A DNA stretch of 64,000 nt from Blastocatellia bacterium (GTDB lineage: Bacteria; Acidobacteriota; Blastocatellia; UBA7656), in NCBI GenBank assembly GCA_963728545.1, contig CAVSKO010000002.1, forward strand, positions 4,653,817 through 4,717,816, read 5' to 3'. The position numbers and the translations under genes were made by a program. The notes under the pieces are model-generated. The model was given only the letters and a program-made list of their open reading frames with translations. It was not told the DNA's origin and did not search any database. Positions 52,182 to 61,699 of the stretch are shown one piece after another. Position 1 is the first letter of the stretch. Each line of letters starts with the position of its first letter.

Positions 52182-52961
52182 TTACGGCTGGGGCGGAAAG
52201 CCCAGTGTGTCTGTGATGCCGAGAAATGCCGCTTCACAAATACGAGGTGCTGTGCGAAACTCCGCGCGCGTAATTATATCGAAATCGTATCGCCGTTCGT
52301 CGCTAGGACTGATCACATCGTAATACAATCGAAAATCAGTCGTCTCATCGGGCAAATCGTCCGTTTCGCAATCGTTAAGGATCGTTATTGTGTAGGTCAT
52401 ATCGGGTAATCTGGGCAGCCACGTCCTTTCCTGCGTGACCGTATCGGTTATAGCAATCCCGCTCCCGGCTTCGTCTCGGCAGACGATGTTGAGACCCGGG
52501 TCGTCTGCTATTTTAGGAAACAGTCCCAATACCATGCCACGAGGATTAAGCTCGGTCCATTCAACCAGGTTATACCGTTCCTTATGCATGGTATGTGTAT
52601 AAAGTAGACCTGCGGTCACGGCCAGTTTTACCCGGAACCTGTCGTTGTGTACATCAACTTTGTCTGCGTGAAGGTCGGCGCCTTCCACATCGGGGACAAA
52701 ACAAAAATCCCTCAGGTCGCCTTCTCTGCGCCGGCTGACCCCTTCGGTCTGTGGGTTTACAACCTCAATGAACAGATTGTTGATTATATCAATCTCCGTA
52801 CTTCCACCAGTAGGGGGCTCGATTATCAATTTAGGCTGTTCGTGTTTCGGGCAATCAAGTATTCCCACTTCGCATTGATTTCTGCTGTTGATGCACATAA
52901 GCATCACGCCCTTAAAACGAATCCTCGCGGTCACGTTGGCACTGCTGGGATCTTCAAACAT
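52182..52961 (-). CDS. hypothetical 259-aa cytoplasmic protein co-transcribed with the TPR-CHAT protease
   Basis: Strong GGAAGGAG RBS 6 nt before the ATG, 55 nt downstream of the CHAT gene stop. No signal peptide, TM helix or motif I can assign. Appears beta-rich (ARIRFKGVMLMCIN, RFRVKLAVTAGLLYTHT, MTYTITILND). Confidence 0.7.
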   Translation of the reverse strand: MFEDPSSANVTARIRFKGVMLMCINSRNQCEVGILDCPKHEQPKLIIEPPTGGSTEIDIINNLFIEVVNPQTEGVSRRREGDLRDFCFVPDVEGADLHADKVDVHNDRFRVKLAVTAGLLYTHTMHKERYNLVEWTELNPRGMVLGLFPKIADDPGLNIVCRDEAGSGIAITDTVTQERTWLPRLPDMTYTITILNDCETDDLPDETTDFRLYYDVISPSDERRYDFDIITRAEFRTAPRICEAAFLGITDTLGFPPQP

Positions 52962-53016
52962 AGCTTTTCTCCTTCCAATAGATTATCGGGTGATAACATC
53001 TGAAAACTCGATTCGG

Positions 53017-56000
53017 TCAAAAGTTGGCGTACCCGCCTACGGTGATAAACGGCGCCCAGTAATACGGCGAGTTATACCGGCGCTGCGGGTCATCTATCAT
53101 ATCGAGCTGCGCTTGCCTGAGAGCCGCAGCCGACGACCATCCGCCCTGCTTTCTATATTTGTGAAAGCTTATCATCAAATCGGCGGTCGGGTCTGAAGCC
53201 ACCGGCCACAGGCTTGCAACAACAAGTGGAACGCCTGCGGCGAGGAACGTGCGCGACATTCCTATCATCCCTTCCCCGTTGTAATAATGCTCGACGCCGG
53301 TTTGGCAGGCGGACAGCGTCACGAGGCGCGTCACCGGCAGCCTGGTCCGGTAGATGTCGAGGGCTTGCAAAACTCCGTCTGATGATTGGCCCTTCGAGCC
53401 TCCTTTAAGCTCGTCCGTCAGCAGCAGCTTTGAGAACATAGGGTTGCGCTCGTCTATAACATAGTGCGATGCCAGGTGTATTACATCGGCCTTCGCCATC
53501 TCATTTCTGACTCTTGTTTTTGTTGCGTTTTCGCCGACGAGACAACCCCTCGACTTGTAGCAGCGCGAAACCGCTTCTGCCTCTTTGCCGGATGAAGGCA
53601 GATCGGGAAGGCCGGGAAAAGCGTCTCGGTCGAAGCGAGGATCGCCAACGCTCAACACTCTTTCTTCGGTCGCGCCTGATCTCTTGACTGCCCCATCCGT
53701 GCTAAGCAAAAACGTGTTTGCACTCGGAGCAAACGACACCAGGTAATCGCTTATCAGATACCTGTCCGTGTCAGGGGAGATAAGAGCGTTGAAGGGCAAG
53801 TAATTTAACGCCTTATCCGGGACGATACAAATCTGCTTCTCTTTTTCCAGAAACGATTCGACGGGCTTAATCAGCAATTCATAAAGCTCGGTCCCGCTCA
53901 CATGCGACTTTTTCGCGGCCTCCTCAGAACGGCTCGAAAGTGATCGCCAGTAATTGAGAACCTTATCGGTCAAGCTGCCCTGAGTTATTTTCTGCTCCTT
54001 CACCTCAAACTTCGTGCGCGAGATGAGCCATACAAGCAGCTTATCTTCGAGGACAGAGTATTGCAGTATCTGGGCTTGTTCGGGCAATCGTGCTCTTATG
54101 CCGCTGAGCATCAAAGGCTGTGGAACCGATGCGATTACGGGATCGTGGCTATTGTCGTTCAAGACTTCCGCGCCCGCGGTCATCAGGTCATACAGCGATC
54201 TTGCGCGTGACACTTCAGAAAAGTCGAACGCCTTTTCGAAATCGCGTTTTCTTGAGTACTCGAAATCAATCGCTATGTCATAGACATACTGCTCTAAATC
54301 AAAAAAGCTGTTCCTATTCTTTTCCTCTTTAATCTTTGAGCGGTGCTCTTCGAAAAAGGCCAGCACGGTTTGTAGCTCTTCTTCAGCCGATGCGTCATTG
54401 CCCTGAGCTATATAGCAGAGAAGCCTCCCTTTGTGCGCTTCATAGAGATAGGCAAAAAGGTCTATGTCCTTGCAAATCCCGATGGCATTATCGTAGTACG
54501 CGGTGGCCCTGTCGTATTCTTCGGTCTGCCTGTAGATATGAGCAAGCTGCAAGGACGAAAAAGCTAAAGGCCGCAGGCTCGTGCCCGCGCTCGATATGGC
54601 CTTCGCCATCTCGTAACTTTGCTCTGCGCATCTCAGGGCTTCCGAATAATCTTGCAGCTTTGCGTGTATTGCCCCAAGTTGCACATAAGCGAGTTGCTCG
54701 AATCCCGGGTCTTTAGCCTCGGAAGCGAATCCTAGAGCGGCTTTTTCATACTCGGCAGCGGCTGCATAGTAACCGAATGTATTGAGAATCCCTGCCGCCG
54801 TGTCATAATTTCGGTACATCTGCCTTGCGCCTGACCAGAAATCACCGGACCGCTCCAGACAGTCTTGCATGTACATGAGCGACTCTTTACGGTCGCCAAT
54901 ATTCTTCAGAGCGTAAGCCAGCGCAGTGAGATTTTTCTGAGTGTTGTAATGGTCGTTTATATTTATTGAGATCTCCAGCGACTCTTTATAATGGGCTAGC
55001 GATGTTGAAAATTGGTTGAACTCCTCGTGTATATTGGCAATCATCGTCAAAGCGCGTTCGACGAGCGAGAAGTAACTCCTGAGCTTGGCATGCTCCGTTA
55101 CTCTGGAAAGCTCCGATAAGCTTTTCTCGAACTCCGACTTTCGATAGAACGAGTATCCTATCCAATAGCGGGCGTACCAGCTTTCCACCTTGTCGCCCGT
55201 CTTATCGAAGATAGCTCTGGCTTGCTCGTAAAGCTCAATAGCCCGGTCGGTTTCAGACCTGGCTAAAAGCGCGTGAGCCTGGTCGATGAGCGTATGTGCC
55301 TGAACAAGCGATGTCCGGTGTTTGAAGCCCGATGATTCGTAGAACCCGGACAGTTCCGAGACGAACCGGTCGCCCGACTTTTGTCTTTGTAACTCGCCCG
55401 CATAAGAAAGGGCCTTCAGAAACTCACCCGCCTTATCCCGCTCGCCTTTTAATGAAGTATCTAGATAAGCACCGAGCAATTGCCACCACACGAGGTGCCC
55501 TGTTATGGCTTCTGTATTCTTGCTCAACAGGTCGTAAGCTTTTTCATCATCTCCGGACTGGTAGGCCGCGACGAATTCTGCTAATAGCTCGCCCCCGTCC
55601 TGCGATCTGGCTCTCTTCCTTTCTTCAAGTTCGTTAAGATGTCGCCGTGATTCATCTGTCCAAGGAGAATCGGCATCTCTTTCGAGATACCTTTTCCAAT
55701 CCTCTTCCGATTGTTGTAACAGCCTCATGTCTTCGTACAAAAGCGCCCGGTTAAAAAGGGCTTCCGACAGCGAGCCGTCCAACTGAAGCGCTTTGTTCAG
55801 GTGCTCAAGGCTCCTCGCAAACTGATCCAGGCTCTTGCCCGTCTCGTTCCCCATACGGTTGACCTTCCCCATCTCGTATAACGCGGCCCCATAGTCGCTA
55901 TAGAGCTGCGCGTTATTCGAGTCCGTTTTCATCGCTTCTTCAAATCGGATAATCGCCTGGTCAAACTTCCGCTCGGTCATATAGAACTTACCGAGCGCGT

Positions 56001-56376
56001 GCTGAGATTCGGGGCCGGGGTCCGTAAACATGGCGTCGAGCAATATCCTTTCTGCCCGATTACGAAAGACTTGATCCCCGCTATTCTGGTTGCCGCGAGT
56101 CTCAACCAGGGGAGCGTAGCTCAGTCCTGAGATGCGCGCCTCAAGGGGCCGCTGCCCGCTATAGGCTTCTCGGAGAGCAGACATCCCTTTGTGGACATCG
56201 GATTGATAAAAGAACGCGCGATAGATTACCAGCCCAAGCCCGACCAGGAGAATCGCGGCAACAGCCAATCTCAAAGGTGAACCGAAAGCCGAGACTATCC
56301 ACGGTAGGTGACGACCCTGTCTTGTCGTCTCTGATCTTTCTTCCCTATGCTCCACGGCTAATTCCTTACTGCTCAA
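53017..56376 (-). CDS. membrane-anchored TPR-repeat CHAT-domain (caspase-like) protease
   Basis: 1119 aa with N-terminal TM helix LRLAVAAILLVGLGLVIY, about 700 aa of TPR-like helical repeats, and a C-terminal CHAT domain with His (VIHLASHY) and Cys (LVTLSACQTG) dyad contexts. The start is TTG at 56376, or GTG at 56355 after AAGGAA. Confidence 0.85.
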   Translation of the reverse strand: MSSKELAVEHREERSETTRQGRHLPWIVSAFGSPLRLAVAAILLVGLGLVIYRAFFYQSDVHKGMSALREAYSGQRPLEARISGLSYAPLVETRGNQNSGDQVFRNRAERILLDAMFTDPGPESQHALGKFYMTERKFDQAIIRFEEAMKTDSNNAQLYSDYGAALYEMGKVNRMGNETGKSLDQFARSLEHLNKALQLDGSLSEALFNRALLYEDMRLLQQSEEDWKRYLERDADSPWTDESRRHLNELEERKRARSQDGGELLAEFVAAYQSGDDEKAYDLLSKNTEAITGHLVWWQLLGAYLDTSLKGERDKAGEFLKALSYAGELQRQKSGDRFVSELSGFYESSGFKHRTSLVQAHTLIDQAHALLARSETDRAIELYEQARAIFDKTGDKVESWYARYWIGYSFYRKSEFEKSLSELSRVTEHAKLRSYFSLVERALTMIANIHEEFNQFSTSLAHYKESLEISININDHYNTQKNLTALAYALKNIGDRKESLMYMQDCLERSGDFWSGARQMYRNYDTAAGILNTFGYYAAAAEYEKAALGFASEAKDPGFEQLAYVQLGAIHAKLQDYSEALRCAEQSYEMAKAISSAGTSLRPLAFSSLQLAHIYRQTEEYDRATAYYDNAIGICKDIDLFAYLYEAHKGRLLCYIAQGNDASAEEELQTVLAFFEEHRSKIKEEKNRNSFFDLEQYVYDIAIDFEYSRKRDFEKAFDFSEVSRARSLYDLMTAGAEVLNDNSHDPVIASVPQPLMLSGIRARLPEQAQILQYSVLEDKLLVWLISRTKFEVKEQKITQGSLTDKVLNYWRSLSSRSEEAAKKSHVSGTELYELLIKPVESFLEKEKQICIVPDKALNYLPFNALISPDTDRYLISDYLVSFAPSANTFLLSTDGAVKRSGATEERVLSVGDPRFDRDAFPGLPDLPSSGKEAEAVSRCYKSRGCLVGENATKTRVRNEMAKADVIHLASHYVIDERNPMFSKLLLTDELKGGSKGQSSDGVLQALDIYRTRLPVTRLVTLSACQTGVEHYYNGEGMIGMSRTFLAAGVPLVVASLWPVASDPTADLMISFHKYRKQGGWSSAAALRQAQLDMIDDPQRRYNSPYYWAPFITVGGYANF

Positions 56377-56601
56377 CCCTTATTATTTTATGGAGAAATG
56401 AGGCAAAACATTACAAGGTTTATCCCGCGCCGCCTATCACAGGTTTGCCTTAATCCGATGGAGGTGCATTATGCGAATGTTGATCGCGACCCGGGAGGTT
56501 GGCCAATTCCCGCAGTCTATCCCCACCCTTTCGCTCGCTGAGGGTATTACAAAATAGTGTACGGATCAAGGTGGCGGATAAATTTCGGCGGGTGAAATCT
56601 T

Positions 56602-59124
56602 TTATTGCGCGCGCAGGATCGCCAGCGGTTTTCGCGAAAGCACGTCGAGCGTGGAGAGCGCGCCTACCACAACCACCAATAAGACCGTGGCCGCGATGGC
56701 CGTAAAGTTGATCTCCGGCGTGAAGTTCCAGGGAATGTCGAATAAGAACCGCATCGTCACGTAAGAAAGCGCCACCGCCGCCATAGACCCGATCAACCCT
56801 GCCACCAGCCCTATCAATCCATACTCGGCCAGAAGAATGACGAGCAGCGTTTTTCGCTTCGCCCCCAGCGTCTTTAAGACAGCCGCTTCATACACGCGTT
56901 GAAACTTTGTCATCGCAATCGAGCCGGTCAGTATCAGAGCGCCGCTTACGAAAACGAACCCTCCTATAAAAGAGATCACAAGAGAGATGGTGTTTAAGAC
57001 GCGCTTGACGCTGCGCACGATATCGCTGACATCAATGATTGAGATGTTAGGGTACTGGTCGGTCATGGCGCGTTGAAAGCGCGCGCGGTCCGCCTCGTCG
57101 GCGGGCCCGTTGATCGGCGCGATCAGCGTTTGCGGCGCGTTCTCTAGCACGCCCGGCCTGAACAGCACCATAAAACCGGTGCGAGAATTCCGCCAATCTA
57201 CGCGACGCAAGCTTGTCACGCGAGCCGTGATCTTTCGCCCCGCGATATCGAACGTCATATTGCCGCCGACATCAAGCCCGGCCAATCCCTTCATGCTCTC
57301 TTCGACCGATATTTCCGGTTCAGCCGATGCGGTGGAGTCCCAGAACTCGCCTGCTATTATCTGCTCGTTCGCTTCGATATTAGGTCAATACGTGATCACG
57401 TATTCGCGCCCCAGCCGGCCCCGGTCCCGTCTCATCTCGGTTTGATCCAGGTCAACTTCAGTGCCGTTGATCGCAACTATGCGGGCGCGCAACGTCGGCA
57501 CAAGCACGGGGGTCTCGCCCGACTGCTGCTCGACAATTTTTTTAACGCCCTCTTCCTGAGCTTTTTGAACGCCGAGCAAAAACATGCTTGGCAGCCTGCC
57601 GCGCAGGCTTATATCAAATTCACGCGTGAGGTTGGATTGGATCAATTGAATGGCGACTACGAGAAATACTCCGAGTCCTACGGCCATGATAATGACTCGC
57701 GTCTGATTGCCCGGCCGGTAGAGACTGTTGATGGCCTGTTTGAGCGCGAACGACGAGACGGGTTTCGCGCGGCGCACCAGGGCGATCAACAGGGTCGCCG
57801 ACAGGTGAAGCGCCCCGGTTGTAATCGCGAGCCCTGCCAGGAAAAACAGCCCCACGCGAATCGAGCCTGCCTGCCAGGATACTAAAAAGATCAGCCCGAA
57901 AACGACTACCACAGCCACGGCCCAGCGGAAAACGTCTACCCGGCGTCGCTCTATGCCTGCGACTTCGCGCAAAAGCATGTTGGGCTTTATCTGGCGTATT
58001 CGCAGCAGCGGGAGCGCGGAAAAAAGTATCGAGATGATGATTCCGACGCCCAGCCCCTGGATGATTGCTCTTGCACTCAACTGATAGCTCATGTAAGACG
58101 GGAGGCTGTCGGCCAGGTAGACGGAGATAAAATAGAGCGCGGTTTTTCCGAGCGCTATTCCCAGTAGACTGCCTGCCACGCCGAGCGCGACTATCTGAGC
58201 GAGGTAGACGAGCGTTATCTTGCCCCCGGTCCCGCCGACACACTTGAGCACAGCTATAGTCTTTTTCTTTTGATCTATAAAAACGCGCGTGACGCTCGAT
58301 ATGCCGATCCCGCCCAGCACCAGTATCACAAGCCCCGTAAGCGAGGAATAATTTTCGGCGTTCGCCAGCTGCTCGTTCAGATTCTCTTGAGACTCTCTAT
58401 ACGAGCGGACGTTGACGAGGCTGTTTTTAAGCTCCGCTTTCAATTGCTTGACGAGCGTTTCGGTCTGCCCCTGGCGCACGCGAAAAAGTATCTTTCGCCG
58501 CGAGAGGCTGCCGAAGCCTACAAGCCCGGCTCGCTCAACCGCCGCGCGCTCGACGAAGACTCGCGGGCCGAGGCGAAATCCGCCTCCGATGCCCGGCTCT
58601 TGATTTATCACCGCGCGTATCTGAAAAGTCGAGTTGCCTATCTTTACTTCATCGCCGACCTGAAGCCCAAGGCGGTCCAACAGCGCAGGCTGGACGACAG
58701 CGCCCTGGTTTGCAATCAAGGCGTAATCGAACGGCGAGCCGTTCGACAGCTTGAAATCGCCGTAAAAAGGATAAGGCGGCTCAATGCCTTTAAGATCGAT
58801 CATCATCGCGCCTTCGCGCGCCGGGTCAGCGGGCCGCAGCATCGTGGGAGATTCGATCGTCTCAACCTGCTCCTCAACCATAGGGGCGGCGATGCGGTTG
58901 ATGGTCGCGAGCGCCTCCTGGTTCCACACCCGCTCCGTGTCAACCTGCACGTCAGCCGTGAGCAGCGACCGGGCTTCGACGTTTATGGCCTCGGCGGCGT
59001 TGCCTATCATCGAATGGAGCGCGACGATTGCGCCGACGCCGATTGCTATGCAGATAAAGAAAAACAGCAGCCTTCCCCAGGATGCTCTCAGCTCGCGCCG
59101 CGCCATTTGAAAGATGAATCTCAC
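56602..59124 (-). pseudogene. YbbP-like FtsX-family ABC permease (two FtsX domains) interrupted by one in-frame TGA
   Basis: Track ORFs 57385..59124 (579 aa) and 56602..57294 (230 aa) are in the same frame. The 30 codons between them are open (PNIEANEQIIAGEFWDSTASAEPEISVEES). The only break is the TGA at 57385-57387. The combined length would be about 840 aa. Confidence 0.75.
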
Positions 59125-59858
59125 AGCCCCTTAACCTCCACAGCCGCGTCTTCTGTTTCCCGGTCCAGAGTTTCCGACTCACTAGTTTCCGACTCACTGT
59201 CAGATACGACGCGACCGTCTCTCAAAGAGATTCTTCGGTCGGCCATAGCCGCAAGGTCGTGATCGTGCGTGACTAAAACGAGCGTAGCTTTTCGCTTACG
59301 ATTCATCGTGATCATAAGGTCGAGGACGTGCCGCCCGTTTCTCGAATCGAGATTGCCCGTGGGCTCATCCGCAAGCAGGATCGATGGGTCGTTTGCAAAA
59401 GCGCGTGCGATGGCTACGCGCTGGCGCTCGCCGCCCGATAGCTGCGAAGGGTAGTGATGCGCGCGCGCCGTGAGGTCTACGTCTTCAAGCAGACCGCGAG
59501 CGCGCTGCGGGGCATCCCGCGCTCCGGCTATCTCCATCGGTATGAGAATATTTTCGAGCGCGGTGAGTGAAGGGATCAGATGAAATGATTGAAAGACGAA
59601 ACCTACCTTCTCTCCTCGAAGCTCGGCCAGCTGGTCTTCGCTCATTCTTGTGATCGCCTGCCCGTCAATGCGAATCTCGCCTGCCGTCGGCGCGTCGAGT
59701 CCCGCTATAAGTCCGAGCAGAGTAGATTTCCCGCTGCCGGAGGGCCCGACTATTGCGACGAACTGGGCGTCGGGGATAGTCAGGTCGAGCGAGTGAAGAA
59801 TGGTCAACATTTCAGCGCCTGAAGGAACTTCTTTCGAAACACGGTATAATTCAATCAT
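59121..59858 (-). CDS. ABC transporter ATP-binding protein (YbbA/LolD-like) with an acidic Ser/Glu tail
   Basis: Walker A GPSGSGKST, signature LSGGERQRVAIARA, Walker B LLADEPTGNLD. ATG at 59858 (MIELYRVSKE). The stop overlaps the permease start (ATGA). Confidence 0.9.
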   Translation of the reverse strand: MIELYRVSKEVPSGAEMLTILHSLDLTIPDAQFVAIVGPSGSGKSTLLGLIAGLDAPTAGEIRIDGQAITRMSEDQLAELRGEKVGFVFQSFHLIPSLTALENILIPMEIAGARDAPQRARGLLEDVDLTARAHHYPSQLSGGERQRVAIARAFANDPSILLADEPTGNLDSRNGRHVLDLMITMNRKRKATLVLVTHDHDLAAMADRRISLRDGRVVSDSESETSESETLDRETEDAAVEVKGL

Positions 59859-59956
59859 AATTGTATCTATTGCAAACAAGGGAAAGCAAAAGCAGCTTAA
59901 TGCAAATATAATTGAACTTTGATAGCTTGCACTCTCTTTTTGCCTGCCCTTCTTTT

Positions 59957-59996
59957 TTGTTACTCGCTATGTTTTTGTTACCCGTTTGTTACCCGC
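59957..59996 (+). repeat. three direct TTGTTAC(C/T)CG repeats upstream of the integrase gene
   Basis: ttgttactcgc (59957), ttgttacccgt (59975), ttgttacccgc (59986). Candidate integrase arm sites or operator sites. Confidence 0.6.
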
Positions 59997-60056
59997 TTCT
60001 GTATAATAGCAAACAAGTGAAAGCTTAGATAGCAAAGTGCAAATGGAGTAACAAAG

Positions 60057-61109
60057 ATGAGCGTGAAACTTAGAAAAAAGAAGCTTGCCGATGGTCGGAT
60101 TTCACTCTACCTGGACTATTACTCGAACGGTCAGAGGCAATATGAATTTCTCAAACTGTATTTGGTTAAGAACAAAGTTGAGAATAAAGAAGTTCTAAGG
60201 CTAGCTGATAACATCCGAGCGAAACGAGAGCTTGAGGTACAACATTCTGAGCATGGTTTCATACCAGCTTTCAAAAAGAGACTGAATTTTGTTGATTATT
60301 TTGAGAAGCAAGCTAAAGGCAAATCAGTAGGTGAAAAGGCGTGGTTTTGTTCCTTGAAGCATCTAAAGGATTATACGCATGGTCACATTCAGTTCTCAGC
60401 CGTCAATGAAGAATGGCTTGAAGGATACAAAAGCTATCTCCTGACAAAAGTTTCAACCAATACAGCGCACATGTACTTTAGCAAAATCAAATGTGCTTTG
60501 AGGCAAGCTGTTAAAGATAAAATCATAGTAAAGAATCCAACTGAGTTTATTGACAGTATCAAGACAACAGAATCGGAGCGTTGTTATCTCACTCAAGATG
60601 AGCTTCAAGAATTAGCAGATACACCATGCAAAAACTCTGAGGTCAAGAGGGCGTTTCTCTTTGCATGCTATACAGGTTTGAGACTCGGAGACGTTGAAAA
60701 TCTTTCCTGGCAAAACATTCAAAATAACTCAGTCCAATTTAGACAGAAGAAAACTAAAGTGCTTTTGGCTGTACCGCTCACAGATACAGCAAGAGAATTG
60801 CTCTATAGTTTTCTTAATAATGTTTCGCCTTTGCCGACTAACAAAGTCTTCAATCTGCCAAGTAGAATACAAATCGTGTATGTCTTGAGAGATTGGATTG
60901 AAAAGACCAGCATCAATAAGCCTGTAACCTTCCACACGGCCAGACATACATTTGCAACGTTCGGCCTAACAAATGGAATTGATTTATACACGATGAGCAA
61001 ATTGCTTGGGCATAAGACCATTTCGGCAACTCAAATCTATGCCAAGATTGTTGATGAAAAACTGAGGAAAGCTGTCTCTATGTTGCCAAGCATTAAGGTG
61101 AGCCGATGA
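60057..61109 (+). CDS. tyrosine site-specific recombinase/integrase (Bacteroidota-type, with N-terminal arm-binding domain)
   Basis: 350 aa with N-terminus KLADGRISLYLDYY, catalytic contexts TGLRLGD, HTARHTFAT and LLGHKTISATQIYAKI (R..HxxR..Y). Confidence 0.9.
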   Translation: MSVKLRKKKLADGRISLYLDYYSNGQRQYEFLKLYLVKNKVENKEVLRLADNIRAKRELEVQHSEHGFIPAFKKRLNFVDYFEKQAKGKSVGEKAWFCSLKHLKDYTHGHIQFSAVNEEWLEGYKSYLLTKVSTNTAHMYFSKIKCALRQAVKDKIIVKNPTEFIDSIKTTESERCYLTQDELQELADTPCKNSEVKRAFLFACYTGLRLGDVENLSWQNIQNNSVQFRQKKTKVLLAVPLTDTARELLYSFLNNVSPLPTNKVFNLPSRIQIVYVLRDWIEKTSINKPVTFHTARHTFATFGLTNGIDLYTMSKLLGHKTISATQIYAKIVDEKLRKAVSMLPSIKVSR

Positions 61110-61699
61110 AAGGTTATTTATTCAGTGAGTATCCATTTTATCCATGTGCGGACAAAGATAAAATACTTAAGTATTGCCAATCTTTGCCAAGTGTAGAAGC
61201 AAGGATAGATTATTTGGAATTTGTTCTCAAAGAGCGAAAGAATGATTTGGAGGACAAAACCGACCCTAATAATGAAATGATAAATACCCTTGAAGATTTC
61301 TTTCAGCATAGTGAATGGTTGAAACGAGAAATTAGATATTGGAAAGGTATTCTCAATCGAAGAAATCGTAAACTTAAAGAGCAGCAAAGCAGGCAAGAGT
61401 CTCAAGAACAGCGAGCTAATCAAAAACCAGTCGAGAAAATTCAATGGCAGGGTACAGAGGCTCAGCTTGTTTATTTATTTGAAAAACTTTATGAGAAAAG
61501 GCTTTTACCAAAAGCTGTTAATGACAAGCAATTCGCTTTCATAGAAAAGCATTTTATAAATAACAAAGGACAAGCGTTCAAACGAAAGCAGCTAGCACAA
61601 GCTTCTCAGAATTATCAAAACAACAAAGAAGGCAAGCCCAAAGGTGCAAAGCTGATAGACAAACTTACTGAAGAAATAGAGCCTCACACAAGAGTATAG
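61106..61699 (+). CDS. island-borne hypothetical protein, possible RteC-like winged-helix C-terminus
   Basis: The start overlaps the integrase stop (ATGA). 197 aa with a coiled, Lys/Gln-rich middle. KIQWQGTEAQLVYLFEKLYEKRLL resembles the xWxGsxxxLvyLf helix seen in Bacteroidota CTn regulators (from memory only). Confidence 0.5.
   Translation: MKGYLFSEYPFYPCADKDKILKYCQSLPSVEARIDYLEFVLKERKNDLEDKTDPNNEMINTLEDFFQHSEWLKREIRYWKGILNRRNRKLKEQQSRQESQEQRANQKPVEKIQWQGTEAQLVYLFEKLYEKRLLPKAVNDKQFAFIEKHFINNKGQAFKRKQLAQASQNYQNNKEGKPKGAKLIDKLTEEIEPHTRV

Noticed and set aside
52182-52961. Calling the CHAT-linked 259-aa protein a bacterial gasdermin
   Set aside because: Only the size and protease linkage fit. 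It has no N-terminal Cys, and I cannot verify any sequence similarity without a profile or structure search. It is reported as an unassigned candidate effector only.
57385-57387. TGA in the ABC permease, considered as a selenocysteine codon
   Set aside because: I see no SECIS-like stem-loop in the 40 nt downstream. The position aligns with an Arg/Trp-type residue of the family (from memory), not a redox Cys. Kept as a nonsense/read-through finding instead.
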